Shown one piece after another: positions 38,892 through 49,216 of a stretch of 64,000 nucleotides of DNA. Within the stretch, counting starts at the first letter, position 1. Each line of letters begins with the position of its first letter. Source of the stretch: Candidatus Bathyarchaeia archaeon (lineage in GTDB: Archaea; Thermoproteota; Bathyarchaeia; TCS64); contig JBEKDF010000001.1 in assembly GCA_050014495.1 (NCBI GenBank), positions 128,001 to 192,000 of the forward strand, given 5' to 3'. The notes under the pieces were generated by a model. The model had not been told where the DNA came from and made no database searches. It saw only the letters and a list, made by a program, of their open reading frames with translations. A program made the translations under genes and the position numbers.

Positions 38892-39851
38892 TTAGTCCTT
38901 TTTCTGGTCCTCGACCTTCTCTAGAGCCCCTGCTATAATCAACGGGAAGATACTTGTAACCTCCCCGAATATCGTGGAGGTCATATTCATTCGCTTCCCC
39001 TTAAGCTTCCCCCAACTGATTGATTCCTTTAGTGGGGCACCGCTAAGGCTGCCGTCCTCAACTCGAGCCGAACCAATCTGTATCGCGGAGTCGAGCCCCT
39101 CCCTCAAGGTGTGAAGGTACTGAGTATGATGCTTTGGAGTCCCTCCACCGAGTATGATTGCTCCTGACTTCTTAGCGTCATATACCATGTCCGTGAACCT
39201 ATCGAAGTCCCTGAGGGGATTGATGACGAGTTTCTTCTGTTTCGAATACATATAAAGAGGAATCCCGAGCATGCAGTCGAGGAAGCCGGGACTGAAAATT
39301 GGAGCATCCCTTTTCGCTGCATTATAGAGAATCGAGTCTTTATCTGTGAGCCTTAAACCGATCTCCTTGAGTAGCCCATTTATTGAAATACCATCCCGTA
39401 TCTCTTCTGGAATATCATCTAGGATCTTGTAGATGTACTTCTCCAATTCCTCGAAGACCTTTCCCTCAAAGTAGATGTCGTATGCGCGGTTGATTCCCTT
39501 CTCGTAGAGCTCCTCATCGTCTGCGTCAACTTTACCTATATAATGGTGGGCTCCCATCGCCTCGATGAGGTCGCCAACCATATTCGCGCCATTTGTCACG
39601 ACTGCATCGATATAGCCATCCTTAATGAGGTCGGAGAAGACGACCCTAAGCCCACCGTGACAGAGAGGGCCGGAGAGCGTGATGAAGGTTGTGTACTCTG
39701 GGTCGGAGAACATCTCAGCCACAATGTCGACGGCTTTTCCTACCCTGCCCGCCTGCATAACACCGGTTTTACGCATCTCGTCAGCTAGCTCGCCAACGGT
39801 CATCCCGGCTCTGAGGCGCATCTGGTGGACGCGCTTCAATCGGGCGCTCAA
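38892..39851 (-). CDS. dys: Deoxyhypusine synthase
   Basis: LGGGTPKHH, DGSLSGA..ESISWGK; adjacent to eIF5A. Confidence 0.93.
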   Translation of the reverse strand: MSARLKRVHQMRLRAGMTVGELADEMRKTGVMQAGRVGKAVDIVAEMFSDPEYTTFITLSGPLCHGGLRVVFSDLIKDGYIDAVVTNGANMVGDLIEAMGAHHYIGKVDADDEELYEKGINRAYDIYFEGKVFEELEKYIYKILDDIPEEIRDGISINGLLKEIGLRLTDKDSILYNAAKRDAPIFSPGFLDCMLGIPLYMYSKQKKLVINPLRDFDRFTDMVYDAKKSGAIILGGGTPKHHTQYLHTLREGLDSAIQIGSARVEDGSLSGAPLKESISWGKLKGKRMNMTSTIFGEVTSIFPLIIAGALEKVEDQKKD

Positions 39852-40249
39852 CTCTTGACGCGGTTGATCTTATACCGACCCATGATAATCCAGTACTCGA
39901 CCTCTTTGCCTGCTGCGATTTTACCGGCTATCTCATCATCGGTGGGCATCGAAATCTCTATGGTCTCGTAGGTTTCAAGATCCATGAGCTGTACACCCTG
40001 ACCCGGGGTGATGGAGACAATCTGGCCGCTCCGCTTGTCGACGATGGGGATCTGACAGCCAGCGTCCGCCTGGGCGAGGTAAGTCTTCTTCTTCCCATCG
40101 AAGAGACTTATGCCACTTGCACGTATCTTGGCACTACCATGCTTGCCGGGTTTGCTCTTCTCAATATCTACAATCTGGCAAGGCTCGTTGTCTATGAGGG
40201 CATAGCTTCCGACCTTGAGATCGCCAGCCCTCGAGTTCTTGTAGGACAT
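39848..40249 (-). CDS. eif5a: Translation factor aIF-5A
   Basis: SKPGKHGSAK hypusine site. Confidence 0.95.
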   Translation of the reverse strand: MSYKNSRAGDLKVGSYALIDNEPCQIVDIEKSKPGKHGSAKIRASGISLFDGKKKTYLAQADAGCQIPIVDKRSGQIVSITPGQGVQLMDLETYETIEISMPTDDEIAGKIAAGKEVEYWIIMGRYKINRVKS

Positions 40250-40413
40250 GAGTACACCTGTTGGTTCAGTTTCAAGCACCCAAACAGTATTAAAGATTGT
40301 GCAGAAACAAAGGAGTTCATAATCCCGCGCGATAAAGAAGTTGCATTTTTCCGGGGGTATCGATTTTTGCTTTGGATAGAGGAGGAATTATAGGACTGGC
40401 TTCGGTTGATTCG

Positions 40414-40689
40414 TCAGCTGGTACGCTTGATAATATGGTAACCAAACTGGGTTTTTATTGGTTCAGAAACCTGACCAGGCTTGAGTGCAAATGCAGCCTG
40501 TTCGAACTCCTTAACCATCTGCCCTCTCCCGAACTGACCTAAATCACCGCCTCGCTTACCTGAGGGACATATACTATACTTCTTCGCGAGCAGACTAAAA
40601 CTTGCACCTGCTTTAAGCTCCTCAACCACTTTTAGGGCTTGAGACTGTTTTTCCAATAGTATGTGGGACGCCCTAATCTTTGTGGACAT
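40414..40689 (-). CDS. Single-domain parvulin PPIase (Par10/PpiC-like)
   Basis: [32 protein letters not shown]. Confidence 0.92.
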   Translation of the reverse strand: MSTKIRASHILLEKQSQALKVVEELKAGASFSLLAKKYSICPSGKRGGDLGQFGRGQMVKEFEQAAFALKPGQVSEPIKTQFGYHIIKRTS

Positions 40690-40737
40690 TGCTATCTCCT
40701 AATGACCGAATTCTGCTTTTTATAAAGGGTTGGGTTT

Positions 40738-42753
40738 TTAGTACTTGACTTTATAGACGAGCACCCAGCCTAACGGGGACCTGTAGACTCTTGTAAAGTG
40801 GGACTGGTCAGCTATACCATACATGAGCCCGGCTATCGTCGTGTTAGTATATTTTGTCGTGTACTGGTACTTGCTTGTCTGCGAGTTATAGGAATAATAG
40901 TCTGTTACATTGAGGCCGGCTATGTTTGCCATCTGGGGCCACTTGGCGTTGTCGCCGAAGGGCCACTCCTGAGTCGAATTGTTTGGGTTGAAAGTGATGA
41001 AGACGACGACATAGTCCACATTGAACTTTTTCATAAGGGGAAGGGAAACATTCTGTGGCCTCATCATCATGTTTGCGATATTGACGATCTGAGTCCTGTT
41101 CAGAGTAGAGCCATCTGCGAGGGTGGTTCGGTTAGCCATCGTCTCTATCCAGTAACCGTAATCCCACCAAGAGCATATGACCGAGCCGGGTGTTGTGTTT
41201 GCATTTATCCAGTTGAGGGTTTTTATCCAGTCGTTCGCGTAGGCACCGTTGAATAGGACGGGTACACTACTCTGAACCAGTGGACCCGGACTCGCAGCTG
41301 TTGAGGTGGCGTTGAGGGCGTGTGGTATTAGTGAACCAAAAAGTATGACTATGAAGATGAGGCCGAGCCCCTTGCTAACAGCTACCACCTGTGCTTTTCT
41401 CCTCCTACTTTTTGCATCATCCTGTTGAGCGAACACAGAGCGGAAGGGCTCGATAAGTTCCACTAATGCATAGCCCGCGAGAAGAGATGCGGGGAACGCA
41501 AGTATCAGCGTGAGCCTCACAACGGTTCCGGCGAAATATACAGCTGTGAGGAAAAAGATGAGCACGTAGTATTTACTATCCCCACCTTCCTTCAGTATGA
41601 AGTATGCGCCGAGGACAGCTAGTACTATAGTGATTCCAAAATCAGAGAAGAAAACTGACCAGCTCGAGACCTTATTCTCTCCAACTGATGAGTATAGGGC
41701 ACCAGCGTCCTCAAAGGGGTTGATGACCTTGAGGAACTTGCCAGTAATGGGGTTGCCGATGCCAATATAGGGAAGTATTATGAATGCAGCGAGGGCCAAG
41801 GCGACGAGACCAAGTGTCGCGATGCGAGCCTTTGACTCAGGCATCCTCGTCTTTATGACCTCGTAAACAATGAGAAGACCGATGGCACCTAGGGCGGCGA
41901 TGTTCTCTATGTTTAGGATGTAACTGACACCTAATCGAGGAACCACTAGGGCGATGAGGAACCCCACGATAGTTGTTATGCTATAGGAGATGATGTGACG
42001 TTGCTCGATCTTCCCCATCACGAGCATAACGATGATGTAGAGAAGCAGGAGGCTTGAAATGTATCGAGCTGCTCCCCAAGAAGCGAAGGCATATCCCATA
42101 GCTATTCCACCTGCGATAGCGTACACCACTCGCTTCGGCAGTGAATTGCTAGTCTGTATGCTTCTTAGGAAGAAGAAGGGAGTTGCAACTATCCCGAAGA
42201 TACCGATGTTCTCTGTGTCAAAGAAGCCAGCGACGGTCCTACCAATATAGCTGGGACTGATCGCCATAAGAAGAGATGTGAAGATTCCTGTGGCCTTTCC
42301 TCCAAAGTCTTTGCCGAAGAAGTAGGCAATGACGCAGACTACAGCGGCCATGAAGACTGGAAAGTACATCGCCACGTCAAGTAGAGCGATCTTGATCTGG
42401 ATCGCGTTGAGTAGTTGATAGATAAAAACGGCTGAGAATGGGTTGCCTGGGTAACTGCTTACAGCTATGTCACGACCCATAGGATACCAACTCAGTGTAT
42501 CATGCCACGTGAAATATGCACCATAGCCATTCTTCGCTATGTATTCAGATATTCTATAGAAGAAGAAGGGATCATACTCATTGAGGTAGTCTCCCCATCT
42601 TAGTAGTAATACCCTGAGAATTATGGCTACGATGATGATGAGACCGAGGGCGGTGATCTCTATTGCTGATGCCCTGCTTAGCCTTATGCTGTTTAGGAAA
42701 CCACCGCTCGTTTCCGCTGTCTGCTTATCGGCGGTTTTCCCTTTCTCAGCCAT
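40738..42753 (-). CDS. aglB: Oligosaccharyltransferase AglB/STT3
   Basis: EYDP, SVGE, WWDYG and DNAKW motifs; multi-TM N-terminal region. Confidence 0.92.
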   Translation of the reverse strand: MAEKGKTADKQTAETSGGFLNSIRLSRASAIEITALGLIIIVAIILRVLLLRWGDYLNEYDPFFFYRISEYIAKNGYGAYFTWHDTLSWYPMGRDIAVSSYPGNPFSAVFIYQLLNAIQIKIALLDVAMYFPVFMAAVVCVIAYFFGKDFGGKATGIFTSLLMAISPSYIGRTVAGFFDTENIGIFGIVATPFFFLRSIQTSNSLPKRVVYAIAGGIAMGYAFASWGAARYISSLLLLYIIVMLVMGKIEQRHIISYSITTIVGFLIALVVPRLGVSYILNIENIAALGAIGLLIVYEVIKTRMPESKARIATLGLVALALAAFIILPYIGIGNPITGKFLKVINPFEDAGALYSSVGENKVSSWSVFFSDFGITIVLAVLGAYFILKEGGDSKYYVLIFFLTAVYFAGTVVRLTLILAFPASLLAGYALVELIEPFRSVFAQQDDAKSRRRKAQVVAVSKGLGLIFIVILFGSLIPHALNATSTAASPGPLVQSSVPVLFNGAYANDWIKTLNWINANTTPGSVICSWWDYGYWIETMANRTTLADGSTLNRTQIVNIANMMMRPQNVSLPLMKKFNVDYVVVFITFNPNNSTQEWPFGDNAKWPQMANIAGLNVTDYYSYNSQTSKYQYTTKYTNTTIAGLMYGIADQSHFTRVYRSPLGWVLVYKVKY

Positions 42754-42805
42754 GAGTTTTCAACCATTAGGGTATTCCGCTTTTATTTAAGTAGCTATTG
42801 CTGAA

Positions 42806-43489
42806 CTAGTTCCCCCAGTAAAGACGTGTTGCGAACTTGTGAGGGAGCCCTAAAGCATCTATGGCTTCCGCTGTCACGTCTATGTTGTATTCAACACGCC
42901 TGTGCTCAACTCTTAGGGGTTCAGTTTCTAGGAGGATGTAACTCGCCCTAGGATCACCGTCACGAGGCTGGCCAACAGAGCCTGGGTTGAGCATGAGATG
43001 GCTATCATTCTCGATCATATAGGGGACATGAGTATGGCCGAGGATGAGTATATCTGAACCAGTAAGGCTTAGGAGGTTTTCGGCCTGAGTTTTAGCGGAA
43101 TCTGGATATATGTAACTTGTCAGAGGCTCTGTAGGGCTCCCATGGTAGACGGAAATCTTGTATCCATCGAGCTCAAGCTTAAGTTCTATTGGGAGCCTTC
43201 CAAGCCACCTCAAGCTAGCCAACGTTAACTTCGATCTGTTGATCTTTATTGCATCCTGAGCGTCATCATTGAACCAATCCGTTTCGATTGTGGCGACAGC
43301 GTTATCATGGTTCCCCAGAACGCATCTAAAGCCCTTGAAGTAGAGGCGGTCTATGCACTCTTCCGGGTTGGGACCGTAGCCAACTATGTCACCTGCAGAG
43401 ATAGCGGCGTCCCAATGTCCCGCATCCTCGAGGACAGCTTCGAGGGCCACTAAGTTACTGTGGATGTCAGAGACGACGAGGATCTTCAT
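42806..43489 (-). CDS. Metallophosphoesterase
   Basis: SDIHSN, GDIVGYG, GNHD, GHTH, NPGSVGQPRDG. Confidence 0.92.
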   Translation of the reverse strand: MKILVVSDIHSNLVALEAVLEDAGHWDAAISAGDIVGYGPNPEECIDRLYFKGFRCVLGNHDNAVATIETDWFNDDAQDAIKINRSKLTLASLRWLGRLPIELKLELDGYKISVYHGSPTEPLTSYIYPDSAKTQAENLLSLTGSDILILGHTHVPYMIENDSHLMLNPGSVGQPRDGDPRASYILLETEPLRVEHRRVEYNIDVTAEAIDALGLPHKFATRLYWGN

Positions 43490-43556
43490 CAGTTGTCGAC
43501 GTTTATTCAGTTTCGTGTTGGATAGGCTTAACTCATGCTACGGCTACTTCGGAGTA

Positions 43557-43886
43557 ATGAGTCTAGCTTTCCGCGTCGAGAGTATAGAAATTGAGGGAAA
43601 GACCCTGCGATGCGGTGTGCTCGAGCTCGAGAACGCCGTCCTGGCGCTGTTCTGGGAGGGGGATGAGCCGAAATTGGGTTCAACCACGATGACCATCCCT
43701 GGCATGGCATCCTCCCCATTACTTGGAGATAGAGATCAACTCCTCGGCAGGGTACTGGGGACACACCTCGCCGCCAAGTTTGGGAAGATGGCTCTAGTTT
43801 CCACACACGTCTCACGGGGATACAGTGAGGAAATAGGAAAAACGCTTCTCGAGCTAGCTAGGCGCTTTACGGAGGAGAAAAGTTGA
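43557..43886 (+). CDS. Small archaeal protein, possibly proteasome assembly chaperone 4-like
   Basis: LELENAVLALFWE..KLGST; LA.KFGKMALVS. Confidence 0.5.
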   Translation: MSLAFRVESIEIEGKTLRCGVLELENAVLALFWEGDEPKLGSTTMTIPGMASSPLLGDRDQLLGRVLGTHLAAKFGKMALVSTHVSRGYSEEIGKTLLELARRFTEEKS

Positions 43887-45226
43887 GCGACCTCAGAACA
43901 TTCCTGAATCAACTTGAGGATAGGGAAGACCTAGTTAGGATCAAGGAGCCCCTCAGTCCTAATCTTGAGGTGGCCGCAGCGTTGCAGAGGTTCGACACTG
44001 GGAAAGCGCTGCTATTCGAGAAGGTTGAGGGCTTCGACACGAAGATTGTCGGAGGCGTCTGCGGGACACGTGAACGCATACTTTTTGGACTAGGGATCAA
44101 TGCGAAGGAACTCTATCCCCGCCTTCAACAGGCGATTAAGAACCCAACTCGATGCGATGTGGTGGAGAAGGGCACAATCAGTGATGTTGTCGAAAAGGGC
44201 GACCTGACCAAATTACCAATACTCACCCACTTCAACGGCGACCCAGGGCCATTCATTACCTCAGGGATACTCTACGCGAAGAGCCATGACGGAAATGTTG
44301 AGAATGTCAGCTTCCATAGACTCATGGCTCTGGACCCCCAGCGAATGACGATCAGGATAGTCCCGAGACACCTCCATAGGTTGACGCAGCTCGCCAGACA
44401 AGCGGGGAAGAAGACTCTGGACTGTTGCATTAGCGTTGGGCTCCACCCGGCTGTGATGCTCGCTGCAAGTCTCCCTACCAGCTGGGGGACGTGTGAGTAT
44501 GACGTAGCTAATAACCTGCTTGAGGGTCAGCTTAGTTTGATTAGGTGTCCGCATGTCGACGCTTTGGCTCCTGCCGACGCGGAGCTTGTTCTGGAGTGCC
44601 GAATCAGGCTCGATGAAGAGGTGGATGAGGGTCCGTTTGTGGATCTCTCTGGGACCTTTGACGTGAGGCGTAAGCAACCTGTAGTGGAGCTGGTTGGGGT
44701 CATGCATAGGAAGGACTACTTATATCAAGCACTCTTACCGAGCGGAAGCGAGCATATGCTTCTCATGGGGATTGGGCCAGAAGTCCGTATCTGGGAGTAC
44801 TGTATGAACATAGTGCCCACTGTGAGGGGAGTTAATATGACCCTCGGTGGTAACGGTTGGCTTCACTGCGTCGTCGCCTTCGATAAGGTAAGGGAGGGGG
44901 ATCCGAAGAACGTCCTAATGGCCATGTTCGCTGCTCACCCCAGCCTAAAGCATGCTGTGGTTGTTGACGGAGACATTGACCCAATGAATATGAGGGATGT
45001 TGAGTGGGCGATTGCAACTCGGTTCAGAGGCGATGAAGACCTACTCATAGTTCCCGGTGTCAGGGTAAGCAGCCTGGACCCAACCGCTGATCAGCAGACT
45101 GAGCTAGGGTGTAAGGTTGGGGTAGACGCAACGAGGCCTCTCGGCAAACCGAAGGAGAAGTTCATGAAGGCTGAGATAACAGTCCCTAATCGCGTCAGGA
45201 AGATACTTGACAGGTACTCGGGGTAA
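43883..45226 (+). CDS. UbiD family decarboxylase, probably anhydromevalonate phosphate decarboxylase
   Basis: SFHR, EGPF.D, VVVDGDID, VEWAIATR; next to AcnX genes. Confidence 0.88.
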   Translation: MSDLRTFLNQLEDREDLVRIKEPLSPNLEVAAALQRFDTGKALLFEKVEGFDTKIVGGVCGTRERILFGLGINAKELYPRLQQAIKNPTRCDVVEKGTISDVVEKGDLTKLPILTHFNGDPGPFITSGILYAKSHDGNVENVSFHRLMALDPQRMTIRIVPRHLHRLTQLARQAGKKTLDCCISVGLHPAVMLAASLPTSWGTCEYDVANNLLEGQLSLIRCPHVDALAPADAELVLECRIRLDEEVDEGPFVDLSGTFDVRRKQPVVELVGVMHRKDYLYQALLPSGSEHMLLMGIGPEVRIWEYCMNIVPTVRGVNMTLGGNGWLHCVVAFDKVREGDPKNVLMAMFAAHPSLKHAVVVDGDIDPMNMRDVEWAIATRFRGDEDLLIVPGVRVSSLDPTADQQTELGCKVGVDATRPLGKPKEKFMKAEITVPNRVRKILDRYSG

Positions 45227-45301
45227 ACAATATCTCTTATTATTTAGATATTTTCCCAAGAGGGTTTTTAGCGTTGCATCTTGCTGTTTTTGTGATATAG
45301 G

Positions 45302-46492
45302 TTGTATCTTACGAGGGAGGAGGAGCGTATGCTAGCCGGGGAGCAAGGACCTGGTATAGCGAAATCGCTTGAGCTGCTCATAGCTCTGGGTGAAGTCTTC
45401 GGTGCGCAGAAGCTGGTGCCGGTTGAGGGAGCCCACGTCTCAGGTGTAAGCTACAAGAACCTCGGCGAAGCGGGGCTGGAGTGGCTTGAGGACCAGGCGA
45501 AGCTCGGTTCCAAGGTAAAGGTCAGGGCGACACTCAACCCAGCTGGGATGGATTTAATCCGATGGAAGGAGATGAATATCCCGGAAAAATTTGCCGAAGG
45601 ACAGCAACGCGTCATTCGAGCGTTTAAGATGCTGGGGATCGAGCCAACCTGCACTTGTACCCCATACCTCGTGGGACACGTGCCAAGGTTCGGTGCCCAG
45701 ATCGCCTGGGCAGAGTCCTCCGCCATCTGCTACTCGAACTCCGTTCTCGGAGCGAGGACGAACAGGGAGTCCGGACCAACAACCATAGCTAGCGCCATCA
45801 CGGGCCTCACCCCCCTATATGAATACAGACTAGACGAGAATAGGCTCCCAGGGAAGCTAGTGGAGGTCGATGCGAAGCTCGAGGACCCTGTAGACTACAG
45901 CGCCCTCGGTTACGTCACAGGGAAGCTGGTGGGGAACGCGGTTCCATACTTAAGAGGGCTAGGAAGACCAAGTCTCGAGTCTCTTAAGACCATGGGGGCC
46001 GCCCTAGCTACTAGCGGCGGTGTCGCTCTATGGCACGGAGAAGGCGTCACACCCGAGGCCGAGAAGGTCAAACAACATCTTCGAGAGGTGGAGAGTTTCA
46101 CCATCGAAGAGAAGGAACTTAAAGAGGCGCGGGAAAAGTTCACTTACGAGGTAACTACCCCCGTGACCTGCATTGGTTGCCCTCATTGCAGCCTCTGTGA
46201 GGTTGGGGAGGTCGCGAATCTTTGCAATGGAAAAAAAGTAGGTGAAAAGCTCTGGGTCTTCACGAGTCGCGGCGTATACGCCGAAGCGGAGAGTATGGGC
46301 TACATAAGGCAGATTGAGGAAGCTGGAGGTAAGGTCTACTGCGACACTTGCATGGTTGTTGCTCCTCTCAAGGAGATGGGATGGAAGGAGGTAGCCCTAA
46401 ACAGCTTCAAAGGTGCTCAATACAGCGCCAATATGGGTCTCAAGACAAAGGTGGGAACAGCGAGGGAGTTAGTGAGGGAGGCTTTGAAGTGA
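45302..46492 (+). CDS. Aconitase X catalytic subunit (phosphomevalonate dehydratase large subunit)
   Basis: MYLT.EEE, CTCTPY, AWAESS, ARTNRE, GCPH, DTCMVV. Confidence 0.9.
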   Translation: MYLTREEERMLAGEQGPGIAKSLELLIALGEVFGAQKLVPVEGAHVSGVSYKNLGEAGLEWLEDQAKLGSKVKVRATLNPAGMDLIRWKEMNIPEKFAEGQQRVIRAFKMLGIEPTCTCTPYLVGHVPRFGAQIAWAESSAICYSNSVLGARTNRESGPTTIASAITGLTPLYEYRLDENRLPGKLVEVDAKLEDPVDYSALGYVTGKLVGNAVPYLRGLGRPSLESLKTMGAALATSGGVALWHGEGVTPEAEKVKQHLREVESFTIEEKELKEAREKFTYEVTTPVTCIGCPHCSLCEVGEVANLCNGKKVGEKLWVFTSRGVYAEAESMGYIRQIEEAGGKVYCDTCMVVAPLKEMGWKEVALNSFKGAQYSANMGLKTKVGTARELVREALK

Positions 46493-46887
46493 TTCTAAAG
46501 GGGCGTAAGGTAGTGGGCGGTACTGCTGAGGGCGAAGCTCTGGTTAGTATTGATCCCGTCAGCTTTTATGGTGGTGTAGACCCCGACACTGGCATCATTA
46601 CGGAGCAGGACCACATATGCTATGGCAGGAGCATTTCGGGGAAGGTCTTCGTATTTCCTACCGGGAAAGGCAGCACAGTCGGAAGCTACGTCATTTATAG
46701 GATGAAGAAGCAAGGCACAGCTCCTGCTGCAATAGTGAACATTGAGACCGAGGCCATCCTCGCCACAGGCTGCGTTATCTCGAGCATCCCCCTGGTAGAT
46801 CATCTTGATACCGACCCCCTCGAGGCTCTGAAGACGGGGATGAAGCTCCGTGTAGTCGGTGATAAGGGATGGGTTACAACGATTTAG
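46489..46887 (+). CDS. Aconitase X swivel subunit (phosphomevalonate dehydratase small subunit)
   Basis: GEALVS..VSFYGGVDP, GKGSTVGS. Confidence 0.9.
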   Translation: MILKGRKVVGGTAEGEALVSIDPVSFYGGVDPDTGIITEQDHICYGRSISGKVFVFPTGKGSTVGSYVIYRMKKQGTAPAAIVNIETEAILATGCVISSIPLVDHLDTDPLEALKTGMKLRVVGDKGWVTTI

Positions 46888-46938
46888 TACTAATTCTAGG
46901 GGCAACCGATTTATCGCCTGACGTCGATGTAGGTTCAA

Positions 46939-48081
46939 ATGGATTTTAAGAGGCGGCTCACCGGGCTCCAGGCAAAGATGGAGGAGCAGGGACTGGATCT
47001 TGTGGTCTATGGAGGTAGCCCGGACCTCCAGTACCTGACGGGTGCTAACCTGGAGTGGCGTCGCGGGAGGGACCTTCTTCATCCCCAAGATAATGTCTTT
47101 GTACCCCGCCAGGGTGAGCCCATCCTCACCATCAACAACGAAAATCATGGCCAAACGCAGGGAACTTGGATAAAGGATGTCCGCTACGCCGAGACGGCAC
47201 AACCCTATGGGGATCTCATTAAGAAGATTATCATGGACCTCGGCGTTAAAACAGGACGTATAGCTATAGGCGATTTCTGCTGGGGAAGCACAAGCCTAGA
47301 GATTGCAAAAGCCTGCGCTGGATCACGTTTCCGCGTCGGTGAGGGACTCCTCGACCAGATCAGGATGATAAAGGAACCCGAGGAGGTGGCTAAGCTGAAA
47401 AAATCTGCGGAGGTTACCGAGTCAGTGATGACACTCATCTACCCACGTATAGTGGAGGGACTCACACAGAAGAATCTACAAATAATGATGGAGATGATGG
47501 GCAGGGGACTCGGGGCAACAGACACGAGTTTCCCACCAACAGGAGGCTACCTCAAGACAGGAACCATACCATCTGACGACCCCTTCATCTATCCAAAGGA
47601 GGCCGGTCTCACGAAGGGGACGAGCATAGCTTTCGACTTCGGCCTCGTCGTCGATGGTTACTGCAGTGACTGGGGAAGGAGCCTCTATTACGGGCAGCCA
47701 CGCTCCGACATACTTCAAGCGTATCAAGCACTTCAGCTAGCTGTCGTTCAGGCGGGGGACGTTGTGGGAAGCGAGATAACCCACCTATGCGACTTCTATC
47801 CTTATATTGAGAAGGCACTTGACAAGCAGGGATATGGCAACTTCCTAAGGAACAGGCTGAAGACGGGCATAATCGGCCACCAGATAGGCGTCGAGGTCCA
47901 TGAGGACCCCTGGCTCAAACCGGATGCGACTCAATTACTAGTAGAGGGTATGGTCTTCTGTCTAGAGCCGAAGCTGTGGAGCAAAGGAGAGTACTACCTC
48001 AGAGTCGAGGACATGATCCTGATTAGTAACGGGAAAGCGGAGTTTCTTACAACATCAAGCAGAGACCATTTCCAGGTCTAG
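46939..48081 (+). CDS. Xaa-Pro peptidase (M24 family)
   Basis: RMIK, DFG...GYCSD, GHQIGVEVHE, LEP, RVED. Confidence 0.9.
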   Translation: MDFKRRLTGLQAKMEEQGLDLVVYGGSPDLQYLTGANLEWRRGRDLLHPQDNVFVPRQGEPILTINNENHGQTQGTWIKDVRYAETAQPYGDLIKKIIMDLGVKTGRIAIGDFCWGSTSLEIAKACAGSRFRVGEGLLDQIRMIKEPEEVAKLKKSAEVTESVMTLIYPRIVEGLTQKNLQIMMEMMGRGLGATDTSFPPTGGYLKTGTIPSDDPFIYPKEAGLTKGTSIAFDFGLVVDGYCSDWGRSLYYGQPRSDILQAYQALQLAVVQAGDVVGSEITHLCDFYPYIEKALDKQGYGNFLRNRLKTGIIGHQIGVEVHEDPWLKPDATQLLVEGMVFCLEPKLWSKGEYYLRVEDMILISNGKAEFLTTSSRDHFQV

Positions 48082-48116
48082 GAAGGATTTTATCGCCACT
48101 CGCCATTTTTCCATCG

Positions 48117-48719
48117 ATGGCTCCGACTGGGTGGTTCATAGTCTTCGAGGGCGTTGACGGAAGTGGCAAGAGCACACAGATCGACCTCTTGAGTATGAAG
48201 CTAAGGGACCAGGGTATCGATCATATACTTGAGAGGGAGCCTAGCGACGGTAGCATAGGACGTTTCATACGTCACTATGCGGAGGCGGGAGATAGGTACC
48301 TTAGCCCTGAGGCAGAGGCTCTTCTCTTCACCGCGGATAGGTTCGAGCACAGCAAACGCATCTCTCAGATATTGGACCAAGGCACCACTGTGATCTGTGA
48401 CAGGTATTACCACTCAACTCTTGCATATCAGGGAGCGGCGGGCGTAGAGGTGGCTTGGCTCCGTGACCTGCAGAAGTTCGCTCTGAAACCGGACCTCATA
48501 TTGCTACTAGATGTTGACCCTGATAAGAGTCTCATGAGAGTTTCTGGGAGGACCCTTACTGTGTTCGAGAACAGAAGCTACTTGAAGAGGGTTAGGGACC
48601 TTTACTTAGGGTTCGCCGAGGAGGGGGAGATGAGACTCGTCGACACGAGTCGTCCCGTTGATGAAGTTGAGGCAGAGGTACAGAGGCTCATCGCGGCCCT
48701 TATGGGATTGAAGCTTTAG
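48117..48719 (+). CDS. tmk: Thymidylate kinase
   Basis: EGVDGSGKSTQ, REP, CDRY..S.LAYQG. Confidence 0.93.
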   Translation: MAPTGWFIVFEGVDGSGKSTQIDLLSMKLRDQGIDHILEREPSDGSIGRFIRHYAEAGDRYLSPEAEALLFTADRFEHSKRISQILDQGTTVICDRYYHSTLAYQGAAGVEVAWLRDLQKFALKPDLILLLDVDPDKSLMRVSGRTLTVFENRSYLKRVRDLYLGFAEEGEMRLVDTSRPVDEVEAEVQRLIAALMGLKL

Positions 48720-49054
48720 GGTTTCTTCGATTTTAACCTGGCTAGGGTGTCGAGTAGGGCTGTAATCGTCTCAGTCAACTCCTTTATCTCGGATAGTTCC
48801 GATGCGTTATCGAGTCGCTGCTGGAGGAGATTGAGCTTATTCTGGAGGGTCTTCTCGAGGCTTGCCTCCTGTTTGACACTCTCCGGGCTCTCACCCTCTT
48901 TCAATAATTTCACCTCGCGTTTTTCCCGTGGACAGAATAGTTCACCTGTTTTGAGTTGGAATAATGGAGCCCCGCATTCGGGGCAGTTTGTGCTAAGCAT
49001 CTTCGCGCCTTGGCGGAGCATCTCCGCCATCTCCTTCATACCCTGTTCCGTCAA
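48716..49054 (-). CDS. Sjogren autoantigen p27-like zinc-ribbon protein
   Basis: MAEMLRQGAKML..NCPECGAPLF...FCP. Confidence 0.82.
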   Translation of the reverse strand: MTEQGMKEMAEMLRQGAKMLSTNCPECGAPLFQLKTGELFCPREKREVKLLKEGESPESVKQEASLEKTLQNKLNLLQQRLDNASELSEIKELTETITALLDTLARLKSKKP

Positions 49055-49216
49055 CTTATTTTAGCCTCAGCAAATTGCCGTTTAGGATTATGGAGTATTT
49101 CATTAGGGTTATCTTGACTTTCCCCGCTGAGTCACTCCGAGTGCGATTATAAGTGTTATGAGGGAAGGAATAATGCTTATCATTCCGTCATGCGAATCAA
49201 GATGAGGAATTATTGC

